Source: Candidatus Cloacimonadales bacterium (GTDB taxonomy: Bacteria > Cloacimonadota > Cloacimonadia > Cloacimonadales > DAONDQ01). From it: DNA of 64,000 nt. Below the pieces are notes generated by a model. That model searched no databases, was not told the origin of the DNA, and saw nothing but the letters and a program-made list of their open reading frames with translations. The first letter of the stretch is position 1; the number at the start of each line of letters is the position of its first letter. This document shows positions 9,362 to 19,305 of the stretch, in pieces. The position numbers and the translations under genes are program-made. The stretch lies in assembly GCA_963662275.1 (NCBI GenBank), contig OY759316.1, positions 1,952,001 through 2,016,000 of the forward strand, in the 5' to 3' direction.

Positions 9362-12300
9362 ATGGCGGAAGCAATATTCAAACAGTACCTTGCCAATCTG
9401 CAAGCTACCCTGAATCAGGGTGATGCCCGGGAAGAGAGCTTTTATGAACATGTCAAGACCCTACTCCTGCAATTTGCTGAGCTTACAAACAAGAAAAAGC
9501 CGGATATCACGATTCTACCCAAAGCTACCGAAGCCGGGAATCCGGACTTTCGTGTATGGGATGGTAAAAACCACATAACCGGTTATATTGAAGCCAAAGC
9601 CCCCAGTGTGTTCCATCTTGACCAGATCGAAACTTCAGAACAGTTGAAGCGTTATCTGAAAGTCTTTCCCAATCTGATCCTGACTAATTTCTATGAGTTT
9701 CGCCTTTATCAGCATGGTATTATGATTTGCACTGCTATGATTGGCAGAGCATCCAATGCCATTACTTTGCATAAAACTCCCCCGCTGGAGCAAGCAGAGC
9801 AGTTTAGCTACCTTTTAGAACGTTACTTTGCCTTTTCACTGCCTTCTATCAATAACCCCAAGTCACTTGCCAAGGAGCTTGCCAAACGCACCCGTTTCTT
9901 GCGGGATGAGATTATCGCTATCGAACTGGCTGAGGAAGAGAGACAGGGAAAGAAAGTCCTACTGGGCTTCTATGATTCTTTCAAACGATTACTGATTAAT
10001 AAACTGACCCATGAGCAATTTGCCGACCTGTATGCCCAAACACTAACCTACGGCATCTTTGCAGCCCGCACCAAGTCTGAAGGTGAATTCAACCGTGAGT
10101 TGATTTACAAGTATATCCCTAATACACTTGGTGTGCTGAAAAGCATCTTTAAGTTTATCTCTTATGACGAACCGCCCAAAGCACTCGAGGTTTTGATAGA
10201 CGACATTGCTGAAATCCTCTGCGTGACAGACATCAAAAAGATACTGCATGCCTATTACAAAGAAGGTAAAGGCAGTGATCCCATCATCCATTTCTATGAG
10301 ACTTTCCTCTCGGAATACGACCCGACTCTCAGGGAAAAGCGGGGAGTATATTACACACCTGAACCTGTGGTGCGCTACATCGTCAAATCCATCCACAGCA
10401 TCCTCAAATCTCATTTTAATTTGAAAGACGGACTGGCAGACAGTGCTGTCACTCTGCTTGACCCGGCTGCCGGTACCCTTACCTTTCCGGCAGAAGCCAT
10501 CAAACTGGCTGTGCAGGAATATACAGGCAAGTACGGCTCCGGAAGTATCAAACAAATGATCAGGAATCATATTCTCCCGCATTTCTATGCCTTGGAACTG
10601 ATGATGGCACCCTACACAGTTGGACATCTGAAAATCAGCTATCTGCTGGATGAATTGGGCTACCAGATGACTGAAGATGAGAGGTTCAAACTCTACCTGT
10701 CGAATACGCTGGAAAAGGATATACCTATTCAATCAGAATTAGCTTTTGCACACGAGATTACAGAAGAATGCCTGCTTGCCAATAAGGTAAAACAGGATGA
10801 GCCGGTGCTGGTAATCCTTGGTAATCCGCCTTATAGTGGTATGAGTGAAAACAACAACCCCTGGACCGAGCAACTGCTCAAACAGGATTTGGACGGTGCA
10901 ACCAGTTACTACAAAGTGGATGGAATGCTATTGGGAGAAGCAAATCCCAAAATGCTGCAAGATGACTATGTGAAGTTTATCCGTTTTGCCCAATGGAAGA
11001 TACACAAGGCAGGTAAAGGCATTGTGGGAATGGTAACGAACCACAGCTATATAGATAATGCCACCTTTAAAGGCATGAGACAAAGCCTGATGCATACCTT
11101 TGACCAGATCTATGTCTTGGATTTGCACGGCAACAGCACCAAGAAAGAAACCGCTCCCGATGGCAGTAAAGACGAGAATGTATTTGATATCAGGACAGGG
11201 GTAGCCATCTTACTTATGATAAAAGACGGCACTGCTGAAAAGAGATTTTATCATGGAGATTTGTATGGACTTCGGTCTGCCAAATATGATTGTCTGAATG
11301 ATAATAGCATTGATAGCTTTGAATATACGTTAATCAATCCCAAGCAGCCGTTTTATCTCTTCAAACACTTATCTGATGATAAAGCTCATTATTTAAGTTG
11401 GGATAAAGTCAATGATGTATTTCCTATAAACAGTGCCGGTATTCAAACTGCAAGAGATAACCTGACTATTCAGTTTGATAAACATATAATGCTAAACACA
11501 GTCAATCAGTTTACTAAACTCGATACTGAAACTGCACGGCAGGCTTATGAATTGGGTAAAGATTCGAGAGATTGGAAAATTGATTTAGCCCAAAAAGACT
11601 TAAAGGAATCAGGACTTAATTCTGATAATATAAAACCTATTCTCTACAGACCTTTCGATATCAGATTTACTTACTATACCGGCAAGTGTAGAGGATTTCA
11701 TAGTATGCCAAGAAATGAGGTCATGCAGCACATAAAGAACAACAATTTAGGTTTAATTCTGGGCAGACAGGGTCAGGTAGTGGGCTCAGATTATTTATGG
11801 AACTTGGCTTATATTACTTCAAGTATGATTGATTATAATGTGTACTATCGGGGTGGCGGAGTTTTATTGCCATTGTATCTGCATCCCGATTCACATTCAG
11901 ATGATCTCTTTGCAGCACAGGAAACGCAAGTTAATATCAAACCGGAACTGCTTGAAGAATTCGCTAAGCAGGACTTATCGGCAGAAACCATCTTCTATTA
12001 TATCTATGGCACTCTTTATAGCAATATCTATCGGGAACGTTATGCAGAGTATCTCAGGATAGATTTCCCTCGCATTCCTTTCACCAAAGACACCCAGCTT
12101 TTCAAGCAAATGGCAGTATATGGCAAGCAGATAGTAGATTTGCACCTGATGCAGAGCAGTGAACTGGACACACCCATAGCGAAGTATCAGGGCAACAGCG
12201 ATAATGACAAAGTGGAACATGTAAGCTATGACGAGTCACAAGGACGCATCTATATCAATCAGGATAAGTACTTTGAAGGCATCAGTCCGGAAGTATGGAA

Positions 12301-12484
12301 CTATCACATCGGTGGTTACCAAGTACTGCACAAATACCTCAAAGACCGCAAGGGCAAAATCATGGATGATCCCATCTACTATTGCCGTATAGTAACCGCT
12401 CTGAGTAAAACAATTGAGTATCAGAATAAGATAGACGAGATATATGAGGAATTGGAAGCAAGTTTGGAACGCCTCACCCCGTGA
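9362..12484 (+). CDS. Single-chain restriction-modification enzyme (Type IIG-like): PD-(D/E)xK nuclease, N6-adenine MTase and Type ISP-like C-terminal specificity region
   Basis: GNPDF...IEAK, GVYYTP, LDPAAGT, GNPPY, and C-terminal YRPFD and DFPRIP motifs. No helicase motifs seen. Confidence 0.85.
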   Translation: MAEAIFKQYLANLQATLNQGDAREESFYEHVKTLLLQFAELTNKKKPDITILPKATEAGNPDFRVWDGKNHITGYIEAKAPSVFHLDQIETSEQLKRYLKVFPNLILTNFYEFRLYQHGIMICTAMIGRASNAITLHKTPPLEQAEQFSYLLERYFAFSLPSINNPKSLAKELAKRTRFLRDEIIAIELAEEERQGKKVLLGFYDSFKRLLINKLTHEQFADLYAQTLTYGIFAARTKSEGEFNRELIYKYIPNTLGVLKSIFKFISYDEPPKALEVLIDDIAEILCVTDIKKILHAYYKEGKGSDPIIHFYETFLSEYDPTLREKRGVYYTPEPVVRYIVKSIHSILKSHFNLKDGLADSAVTLLDPAAGTLTFPAEAIKLAVQEYTGKYGSGSIKQMIRNHILPHFYALELMMAPYTVGHLKISYLLDELGYQMTEDERFKLYLSNTLEKDIPIQSELAFAHEITEECLLANKVKQDEPVLVILGNPPYSGMSENNNPWTEQLLKQDLDGATSYYKVDGMLLGEANPKMLQDDYVKFIRFAQWKIHKAGKGIVGMVTNHSYIDNATFKGMRQSLMHTFDQIYVLDLHGNSTKKETAPDGSKDENVFDIRTGVAILLMIKDGTAEKRFYHGDLYGLRSAKYDCLNDNSIDSFEYTLINPKQPFYLFKHLSDDKAHYLSWDKVNDVFPINSAGIQTARDNLTIQFDKHIMLNTVNQFTKLDTETARQAYELGKDSRDWKIDLAQKDLKESGLNSDNIKPILYRPFDIRFTYYTGKCRGFHSMPRNEVMQHIKNNNLGLILGRQGQVVGSDYLWNLAYITSSMIDYNVYYRGGGVLLPLYLHPDSHSDDLFAAQETQVNIKPELLEEFAKQDLSAETIFYYIYGTLYSNIYRERYAEYLRIDFPRIPFTKDTQLFKQMAVYGKQIVDLHLMQSSELDTPIAKYQGNSDNDKVEHVSYDESQGRIYINQDKYFEGISPEVWNYHIGGYQVLHKYLKDRKGKIMDDPIYYCRIVTALSKTIEYQNKIDEIYEELEASLERLTP

Positions 12485-12716
12485 GGTGGCACAACGCACC
12501 CCGTGAGTTGCGAATCTGATGTGTACAAGACGCTTATATATAAAAAAGATGACTATATTCTTCATATTTTGAATTAATTTGTGTAAGTTTAGAGATTATT
12601 GCAAAGAAAGAAGCTGAGTGATTTACGGAAGATGTACAACGCACGGGGTGCGTTGTGCCACCTGACGGGGTCAGGCGTTCCGGTGGGAGCACAACGCACC
12701 CCGTGCGTTGCGAACC
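12466..12716. repeat. REP/REPIN-like cluster: about 50 bp inverted repeat plus a third partial copy
   Basis: GGAACGCCTCACCCCGTGAGGTGGCACAACGCACCCCGTGAGTTG is inverted at 12637-12681, with a further CAACGCACCCCGTGCGTTG near 12692. The first copy supplies the R-M stop codon. Confidence 0.8.
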
Positions 12717-12759
12717 TTATTTGATGTGGCAAAGCGGAATTTGCCACCCTATGCTTTAG

Positions 12760-13383
12760 TTACCTGAATTTAATTGGTATAAAGGGCAGTGATTCATTCT
12801 GTTCCCATGTTTCTAACACATCCCGGTTGTATTTTAGCTGTTTTTGATATTCCTTTCTCATAGTTTCAAATTCAGGGATAAATGATTCATGCTGCAATTC
12901 CTTTATTTTTTTGATGAGTGCTTCCAATTCCAAGCACTGAAGTTGCCAGGACAACTTGTTTAGAATCTCCTATTTACTGGTTATAGCAACAGCTAATCCA
13001 CCTGTCGCAAAAGCACAACGTTCATCATCGAAGAAATGATAAGGTCCAATATTAATGAATGTTTCACATTCTCCCATATCAACCGGATAACCAATGAAAC
13101 TGAAATAGTAATCATCAAAACCTTCCCAGCGAGTATCAACCAGTTTCTTAGATTTCACAAACTTTGCCAGAACATTCGAGAAAAAATCATAATCCAGATT
13201 AATCTTTATTGGTTCCTTGGTTAGAATAAAGTCACCTTCGCTGAAGTAGTTATGTTGACCAATGCGAACTGAATAAAAAGGATCGGGGGAACTGAAATCG
13301 TACATGAGGTGGACATTCACACTTACTTCTAAGAACTCAATCCACATGGATTCATCTTCGTAAATTATAGATTTTTTCTTCAT
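12760..13383 (-). pseudogene. Hypothetical gene split by a single in-frame TAG
   Basis: ATG at 13383 with RBS GAGG. The stop at 12970-12972 is followed in frame by EILNKLSWQL..., which joins ORF 12760-12954. Confidence 0.55.
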
Positions 13384-13503
13384 AATTACCTCTTTTGTAT
13401 TTGCAATACAGGTGACGAAGGTTGTCAATAACAAACTGATGGTAGGTATGGCAGAAATACGATATTCAATGTTTTAACATACCCGCTGAAGTGGGTGCTA
13501 CCT

Positions 13504-13752
13504 CTTGGAGTTCAACTTGCCAAGATGACTTTAAAATGACAAGAATGTAATACGCAAGTTAGACTTCAAGCCTGAATTTGACTCGTTTCTAACTGGGGTG
13601 AAGTCCAATTTCCCTGTTAGCTAAGTGGTTACTTATAGTTTTGCTTGGGAAAATGAACTCCAAATTCCCAGCGGTGTCCAGTCGGGTTTGAAGTCCGAAT
13701 TTCCTATTACTTGTGTATTCATAATAAATTCGAAGGAAATTTGAACTCCAAA
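13504..13752. repeat. Three copies of a 64-66 bp stem-loop element (TTTGGAGTTCA...YGGACTTCA)
   Basis: Copies at 13504-13568 (+), 13599-13664 (-) and 13689-13752 (-). Other copies at 28816-28880, 38744-38807, 38829-38892 and 39038-39103. Confidence 0.8.
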
Positions 13753-13792
13753 TGCTCAGGTTTATACTTCAAATATTCATTTTCACTACAGT

Positions 13793-16700
13793 TTAATCAG
13801 TTGATGCTACAACACGGTAGAATTTCTTGCTTATTCCTACAGAATTTGTCGTCCATGTAATCCTAGTTCTGGTTCCGTTATTATCCCGCTGGTATGCACG
13901 ACTGCTCCGAATAAACTGCTCAGTAGAAGCATACTTAGAGCCTGTATTAATAGCAGAAGTTCGGGCAGAACTAAACACACCTTGTGAAGAGATATTAGTG
14001 AAAGTCCCATTCGTTGAGTCAGACGCAATGATTTTATATGAACTTGCCCCACTAACGCTATCCCAACTGATTTGAATTAACGGATCGTTCGCTGTAATCG
14101 TTATGTTTTGTGGTGTTCCGACAGAGTCTTGTCCAGCGTAAGCAATGATATACTGGCAGAAAGAGGTAATAGAATTGAACGTTACAGTATTAGCATCGGC
14201 ATCAACAGCATAAGCCTGAGTTGCCAAAGTCCATGCAGCATCTGAACTGCTGCTTCGGGTATACAATTTGAAATATTCGGGATGTGATTCATCTGCAACG
14301 GTGACGTTTTCATTCACTGAGAAAATCAGATTTGCATTGAAGCTCCCTGAGCCATAACGATTAACTATCCAGTATTGTGAATCATATACAATTATAGATC
14401 CGCTTGGATTGAGATTGGGTGCCTGATTCAATTTGGTAACAGTAACAGAAGCGCCATCATAGCTATCATAATAGATGAGAAGTCCAGTACCTGGAAAGCT
14501 GACATTTCCACTGATTTCTTCACGGGTATAAGTATTACCCTGTCCGAAGGGAATTGTTGAGGAGCACCAAGAACCGCTGCTCATATTGGTCAACGTTCCA
14601 TTTAAACCGGAGATAAGTTCATTTGCAGAAGAACCGCTATTATCATTGAACTGCCAGTAGGCAACCAAACCTGTTTCATTCCCTGATAATGGTAAACTGG
14701 CATTTTCCCTGATTTGCTGCGCAGATAGGGCAACATTCCATAATCTGACTTCATCCATTAGTCCTTTGTATAATTGGGTCCCACTGGTTCCGGAACCAAT
14801 TACCTTATTACTTGTATTATTCACAAAGGTATAATTAGCATCCGAGATAAGAGACATCTCCTGACCGTTAACATATATTTTATGAGTTCCTGCTCCGGTG
14901 CCGCTTCTTGTATAGACAATATGATTCCACATACCGGGTGTAATGGCATTATCATTAGTCTGGGCTACCCAGGTGCTTAATCCTGAAACAGCAACTCTGT
15001 TTGTGCCACCGCTTCCAATCCCAATTTCCAGTTGGAATGATCCGGCGGAATTATTGAATGCGGTGGAATAGATTCCTTGCCTTGTAGTCATTATATCAGG
15101 TTTTACCCATGCCTCCAGGGAAAGGACATTGCCAGCATTTAGAACAGTGCTGTTTCCAACATTTATATAATCATCTGTTCCATCAAAAAGCAAGCAAGTT
15201 CCGGCTACACCTTCCGGACCTGTGCCTTGTGCCACAGAGAATTCACTGAATGAGGAAAGTCCTGTTAATAAGAACGTCCTGCTACTTACATTTTGGGTTG
15301 CAGTTGTGGTAATATCTGTCCAGTCAGATAAGGGATTATTTCTCTTCAAAAGTCGGACAAACTGATAATCGGCAAGCGGGATATTGGAATAATTGATAGA
15401 CAGATTGGCTGTAACGGTACCTGTTTTAAAAACACCCCAGACTGCATCAGCTCTCTGGGTTATATTCCCGGGAAAAGTCTCTGAGTCAATAACATCGGTA
15501 CCGCTTCCGGTATAATAAATCCCCAGGAAATTGCTGTTATCGGGTGTTGTTGTGATTGTAAGTGTCATTTGCTTACCTGTACTGCCGATACTTGTTGGAG
15601 TTGCAGTCCGTACAGAAGTTCCCAGCACACCCATAGAGACACTCGAATGAACCCAGCTAAAGTCTGACATATTATTCATCGTTCCGTTATACCCGTTACC
15701 GCTTAGATCAGAAACAACACTTCCGGTCACATTATTGAAGTTATAATACATCAAAAGATTAGTTGTGGGAGGTGTGGCAAATTTACACATATTATCCTGA
15801 ATCTGAGCCTGTGTACGGGCTGTATTCCACACTCTGAATTCATCCAGCTGACCATTAAAGAAACTTGACCCTGCTCTGTAACCTATCGTAAGGGGAGGAA
15901 CAGGTGCTATCCAGGGATTAACTGTTGACGTGACCAGGCTGCCATTTACATATAACTGTGAAGTAACTGCCATTCCTGCTTTAATCCAGGTTACAGCACA
16001 GTGATACCATGTATTGGTGTTCAGAGTTGAATAGATAAGAGAATTGCCTGAAGAACCAATCCAGACATATAACCTATTACTTGCTATAGTACAATAAAAG
16101 TTGGATGAGCCACTTGTTTCAGACCACAAATATCCTCCGGAGATATCATTCGCTTTAAACCAGAACTCAATCGTACCCTGGTTGGGAAGTGTGACCGGAA
16201 TTGTAATATTATCATCATTCCCATCAAAGTCAAGAGCGTTATTTAGTCGGTATGGCGTAGAGAATTCAGTGTCAGCTCCGTATCCTGTCCCGACCGCATT
16301 GGTGGCATAAGCGTGGACATGATACCTGGTATCATGTGTCAAACCTGTTAAATTGCCTGTGAAAGTACCTAATCCGGCGCCATTGGTTGTATGCAGTCCA
16401 TCTACCGTGGGATTAGCAGAAGTACTCCAGCAAATGCCTCTGGCTGTAACTGCTTCTCCGTTTTCGGAGGTAACGCTTCCTTCACAAATTGCTGCTACTG
16501 TATCTATCAATGAGATGGTATTGGTTGTTACTGTGGGCACATCATCGGTTGTAAAGGATAACTCCTCACCATAGCCTGTTCCTACTCCGTTTTTGGCATA
16601 AGCCCTGACGTAGTATTTTGTACCCTTAGCAAGTCCTGTTATTGATGCAGAGAAAGTTCCTGTACCTGTCCCGCAATAAGTTTGAGTATCTGTTATTAAA

Positions 16701-18277
16701 GGGGTAGGGGATGTTTTCCAACACACTCCTTTTTCGGTAATACTGTTGTTTCCATCGCTCGAAATAGTACCTCCGCTTCTGGCGGATCTATAATCTACAT
16801 TCGTAATTGCAGTTGTGCTGATTGTTGCAAAAGTGTCTGTAGTAAACGACAGTTCATTACCATATCCTACACCGATGCCGTTAATTGCATAAGCCCTGAT
16901 ATAATATGTTGTAGAGTGACTCAATCCTGTTATCGATGAACTAAAATAAGTAACACTACTCCCATCATTGGTGTGGGGATCTGTTACTGTGGGATTGTGA
17001 CTGGTACTCCAACAGACACCCCTCGAATAAATATATGAACCATGGTCATTCATTAAGTATCCACCGCTAGTCGCAGTTGTAACGCCAATATTTTCAATTG
17101 GACGGGTAGTTATACTGGGATAATTAGCCAGGATAAAACTCTTCTCTGTACCATATTTCGTCGTTAATTGGTCTGTTACGTATGATCGCACATAATAGGT
17201 GATTTCTGAAGTCAGGTCAGTCAGATTTGTAGTATAATGCCCGGGAACTGTTCCATAGTGTGTGTGCGAGCCGGAGATGGTCGGGTTTGGAGAAGTACCC
17301 CAACAGATACCATAGGCACTGAATGTGAGCAAAGAGTTTGGTTCTAAGGTTGCTCCAGATGTTGCAGATGAATTTGTCATAGCAGTAATGTCATCTGTAT
17401 TGATAACAGAACTTACCTCATAATGCACAATAGTAGAATGATGTTTTCCTATCAGCATGTCAAGATAACCATCATGGTCAATATCTGCAAAACAAGGTGC
17501 TGCACAAGCCAGGACTTCGGTATTTGAGAAATTAGTACTGGCAAGAGTAAATGTGTTCGAATTAACTGAGTTTTGAATATACTGATAGGTAAAACCATCA
17601 TAGTTACCCACAAATAAATCCAGAAAACCATCATTATTGTAATCTGTTACATAAGGAACAGATTCATTACCGATATCGATACCATTAAAATTGTTGGTTA
17701 CTAATACAAAACTCGAGGAATTATGTGCAGTTTGTTCAAAATGCGTTATCACTCCGCTACTCTCTCCAACTAACAAATCAAGCCTGCCATCACCATCCAG
17801 ATCACAGAAGAAAGGGTTGGCAGCTGAACCGACATAGAGACTACAAAAGTCATTGGTCACAAGTGTGAAATCAGATGAATTAGGTGCACTTTGCCTGTAA
17901 TAATAAAGATATCCTCTCTGACCTGAATAACTGTTCCCTATAATCAAATCAAGCAGTCCATCACCATCAAAATCTGTGATAGTGGGAGAAGGATATGATG
18001 CAACTACTATCCCGCTAAAAAAACTGGAGCGCTCCACAAAGGTCAAAGAGCCATAACTGCTTTGCTCCCAATGAGCTAATTTGTTACCACTGATTCCACC
18101 GAATATCAGATCAATAAGTCCATCATGATCCAAATCCGTCAGACAAGGTTTGGAAGCCATTACCGAATAACTAATATTCGAAAAGCTGTTCGTAACCAGG
18201 TTGAAATCACCTGCATGAAGGTTGGATATAAAAATTAAAAGTGCAATCAGGCAGTATCCTTTAGTAATTTTGCTCAT
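13793..18277 (-). CDS. Large secreted protein: FG-GAP/VCBS repeats, four FN3-like repeats, two LamG-like domains, non-FlgD C-terminus
   Basis: Likely start MSKITKGYCLIALL at 18277 (RBS GGAGG); the track's longer start lies inside the mobile element. DxDxDGxxDL repeats and LDEFRVWN / MDEVRLWN LamG motifs. Confidence 0.85.
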   Translation of the reverse strand: MSKITKGYCLIALLIFISNLHAGDFNLVTNSFSNISYSVMASKPCLTDLDHDGLIDLIFGGISGNKLAHWEQSSYGSLTFVERSSFFSGIVVASYPSPTITDFDGDGLLDLIIGNSYSGQRGYLYYYRQSAPNSSDFTLVTNDFCSLYVGSAANPFFCDLDGDGRLDLLVGESSGVITHFEQTAHNSSSFVLVTNNFNGIDIGNESVPYVTDYNNDGFLDLFVGNYDGFTYQYIQNSVNSNTFTLASTNFSNTEVLACAAPCFADIDHDGYLDMLIGKHHSTIVHYEVSSVINTDDITAMTNSSATSGATLEPNSLLTFSAYGICWGTSPNPTISGSHTHYGTVPGHYTTNLTDLTSEITYYVRSYVTDQLTTKYGTEKSFILANYPSITTRPIENIGVTTATSGGYLMNDHGSYIYSRGVCWSTSHNPTVTDPHTNDGSSVTYFSSSITGLSHSTTYYIRAYAINGIGVGYGNELSFTTDTFATISTTAITNVDYRSARSGGTISSDGNNSITEKGVCWKTSPTPLITDTQTYCGTGTGTFSASITGLAKGTKYYVRAYAKNGVGTGYGEELSFTTDDVPTVTTNTISLIDTVAAICEGSVTSENGEAVTARGICWSTSANPTVDGLHTTNGAGLGTFTGNLTGLTHDTRYHVHAYATNAVGTGYGADTEFSTPYRLNNALDFDGNDDNITIPVTLPNQGTIEFWFKANDISGGYLWSETSGSSNFYCTIASNRLYVWIGSSGNSLIYSTLNTNTWYHCAVTWIKAGMAVTSQLYVNGSLVTSTVNPWIAPVPPLTIGYRAGSSFFNGQLDEFRVWNTARTQAQIQDNMCKFATPPTTNLLMYYNFNNVTGSVVSDLSGNGYNGTMNNMSDFSWVHSSVSMGVLGTSVRTATPTSIGSTGKQMTLTITTTPDNSNFLGIYYTGSGTDVIDSETFPGNITQRADAVWGVFKTGTVTANLSINYSNIPLADYQFVRLLKRNNPLSDWTDITTTATQNVSSRTFLLTGLSSFSEFSVAQGTGPEGVAGTCLLFDGTDDYINVGNSTVLNAGNVLSLEAWVKPDIMTTRQGIYSTAFNNSAGSFQLEIGIGSGGTNRVAVSGLSTWVAQTNDNAITPGMWNHIVYTRSGTGAGTHKIYVNGQEMSLISDANYTFVNNTSNKVIGSGTSGTQLYKGLMDEVRLWNVALSAQQIRENASLPLSGNETGLVAYWQFNDNSGSSANELISGLNGTLTNMSSGSWCSSTIPFGQGNTYTREEISGNVSFPGTGLLIYYDSYDGASVTVTKLNQAPNLNPSGSIIVYDSQYWIVNRYGSGSFNANLIFSVNENVTVADESHPEYFKLYTRSSSSDAAWTLATQAYAVDADANTVTFNSITSFCQYIIAYAGQDSVGTPQNITITANDPLIQISWDSVSGASSYKIIASDSTNGTFTNISSQGVFSSARTSAINTGSKYASTEQFIRSSRAYQRDNNGTRTRITWTTNSVGISKKFYRVVASTD

Positions 18278-18432
18278 TCTATTCCTCCGGAATTCTCGAA
18301 TCTGAATATGTTGAACGAAGCTGCAAGCAGCAGTACCGTTCGCAGTAAACTCGTGTTTCATGCATTTAAACTATTGATATACTGAACCCTCACTAAAAGC
18401 ATACTTACCCCCAAAATTAACTGGAGGTAAGT

Positions 18433-19305
18433 ATGGAATCATACGAAGTTCGCTTTTTAGAGTGCCTTGATCTTCGAGGCGTGTCCCGAGAGACAAAATA
18501 CAATTACATCAGACAAGTCACTTCTTTAGCATCATATTATGGTCAAGACCCCGGCACACTATCTATTGAACAGGTAAGAACATATTTTGTCTACCTGCAT
18601 AACGTCAAGAATTATAGTCCTCAGAGTTTAAAATCAGCCTATTATGGCATCAGATTTTTTTTCATCCATGTTGTTGGTTTCAGGCAAGAGGATTTTACCT
18701 TTTTTAAGGCAAAGATTGAGCACAAACTTCCTGTGATTCTGACCACAGACGAAGTTAGAATGCTTATCTCCCGCATTCATACTTATGATTATCGACTCTT
18801 ACTGACTCTTACCTATCAATGCGGATTAAGGATTTCGGAAGCAGTCAAGATTAAAATAGCCGATATCAACCGGGAATTGATGACCATCACGGTAAGGCAA
18901 TCCAAAGGCAACAAAGACAGGTCAATACCTCTGCCTGAAAAATTGTATCAGGAACTCCGGGAATATTGGAAAACCCATCAGAACAGACAGCTTTTATTCC
19001 CGAGCAGAAGCACCAGACAGGCTGATATTAACAGAATGACAACCTCGAACCAGATTTCTGTCCAAACTCTTCGGTCAGCTCTGAAGTCAGCCTTAAAGGA
19101 GACACGCATCCCTAAGCATGTAACCTGTCATACACTCAGACATTCTTATGCCACACATTTATTGGAAGCAGGTGTCAGTATCATCATCATCAAAGACTTG
19201 CTCGGGCACGAAAGTCTTAGAGCGACCATGGTATACGTGCATTTGACTAACGTTTCCCGAGAGCAGTCATGTAAAATCATCAATGAACTGATGAATAAGA
19301 TGTAA
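18433..19305 (+). CDS. Tyrosine recombinase with an integron-integrase-like N-terminal SAM domain
   Basis: GLRISE, QSKGNK, HTLRHSYATH, LLGH and TMVY catalytic motifs. Confidence 0.92.
   Translation: MESYEVRFLECLDLRGVSRETKYNYIRQVTSLASYYGQDPGTLSIEQVRTYFVYLHNVKNYSPQSLKSAYYGIRFFFIHVVGFRQEDFTFFKAKIEHKLPVILTTDEVRMLISRIHTYDYRLLLTLTYQCGLRISEAVKIKIADINRELMTITVRQSKGNKDRSIPLPEKLYQELREYWKTHQNRQLLFPSRSTRQADINRMTTSNQISVQTLRSALKSALKETRIPKHVTCHTLRHSYATHLLEAGVSIIIIKDLLGHESLRATMVYVHLTNVSREQSCKIINELMNKM

Noticed and set aside
18278..18361. ORF-track N-terminal extension of the FG-GAP protein (MKHEFTANG...)
   Set aside because: It begins inside the mobile element end; the RBS and signal peptide point to 18277.
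18433..19305. Integron integrase with a cassette array
   Set aside because: No adjacent attC-bounded cassettes; the gene moves with the Y2 transposase as a unit.
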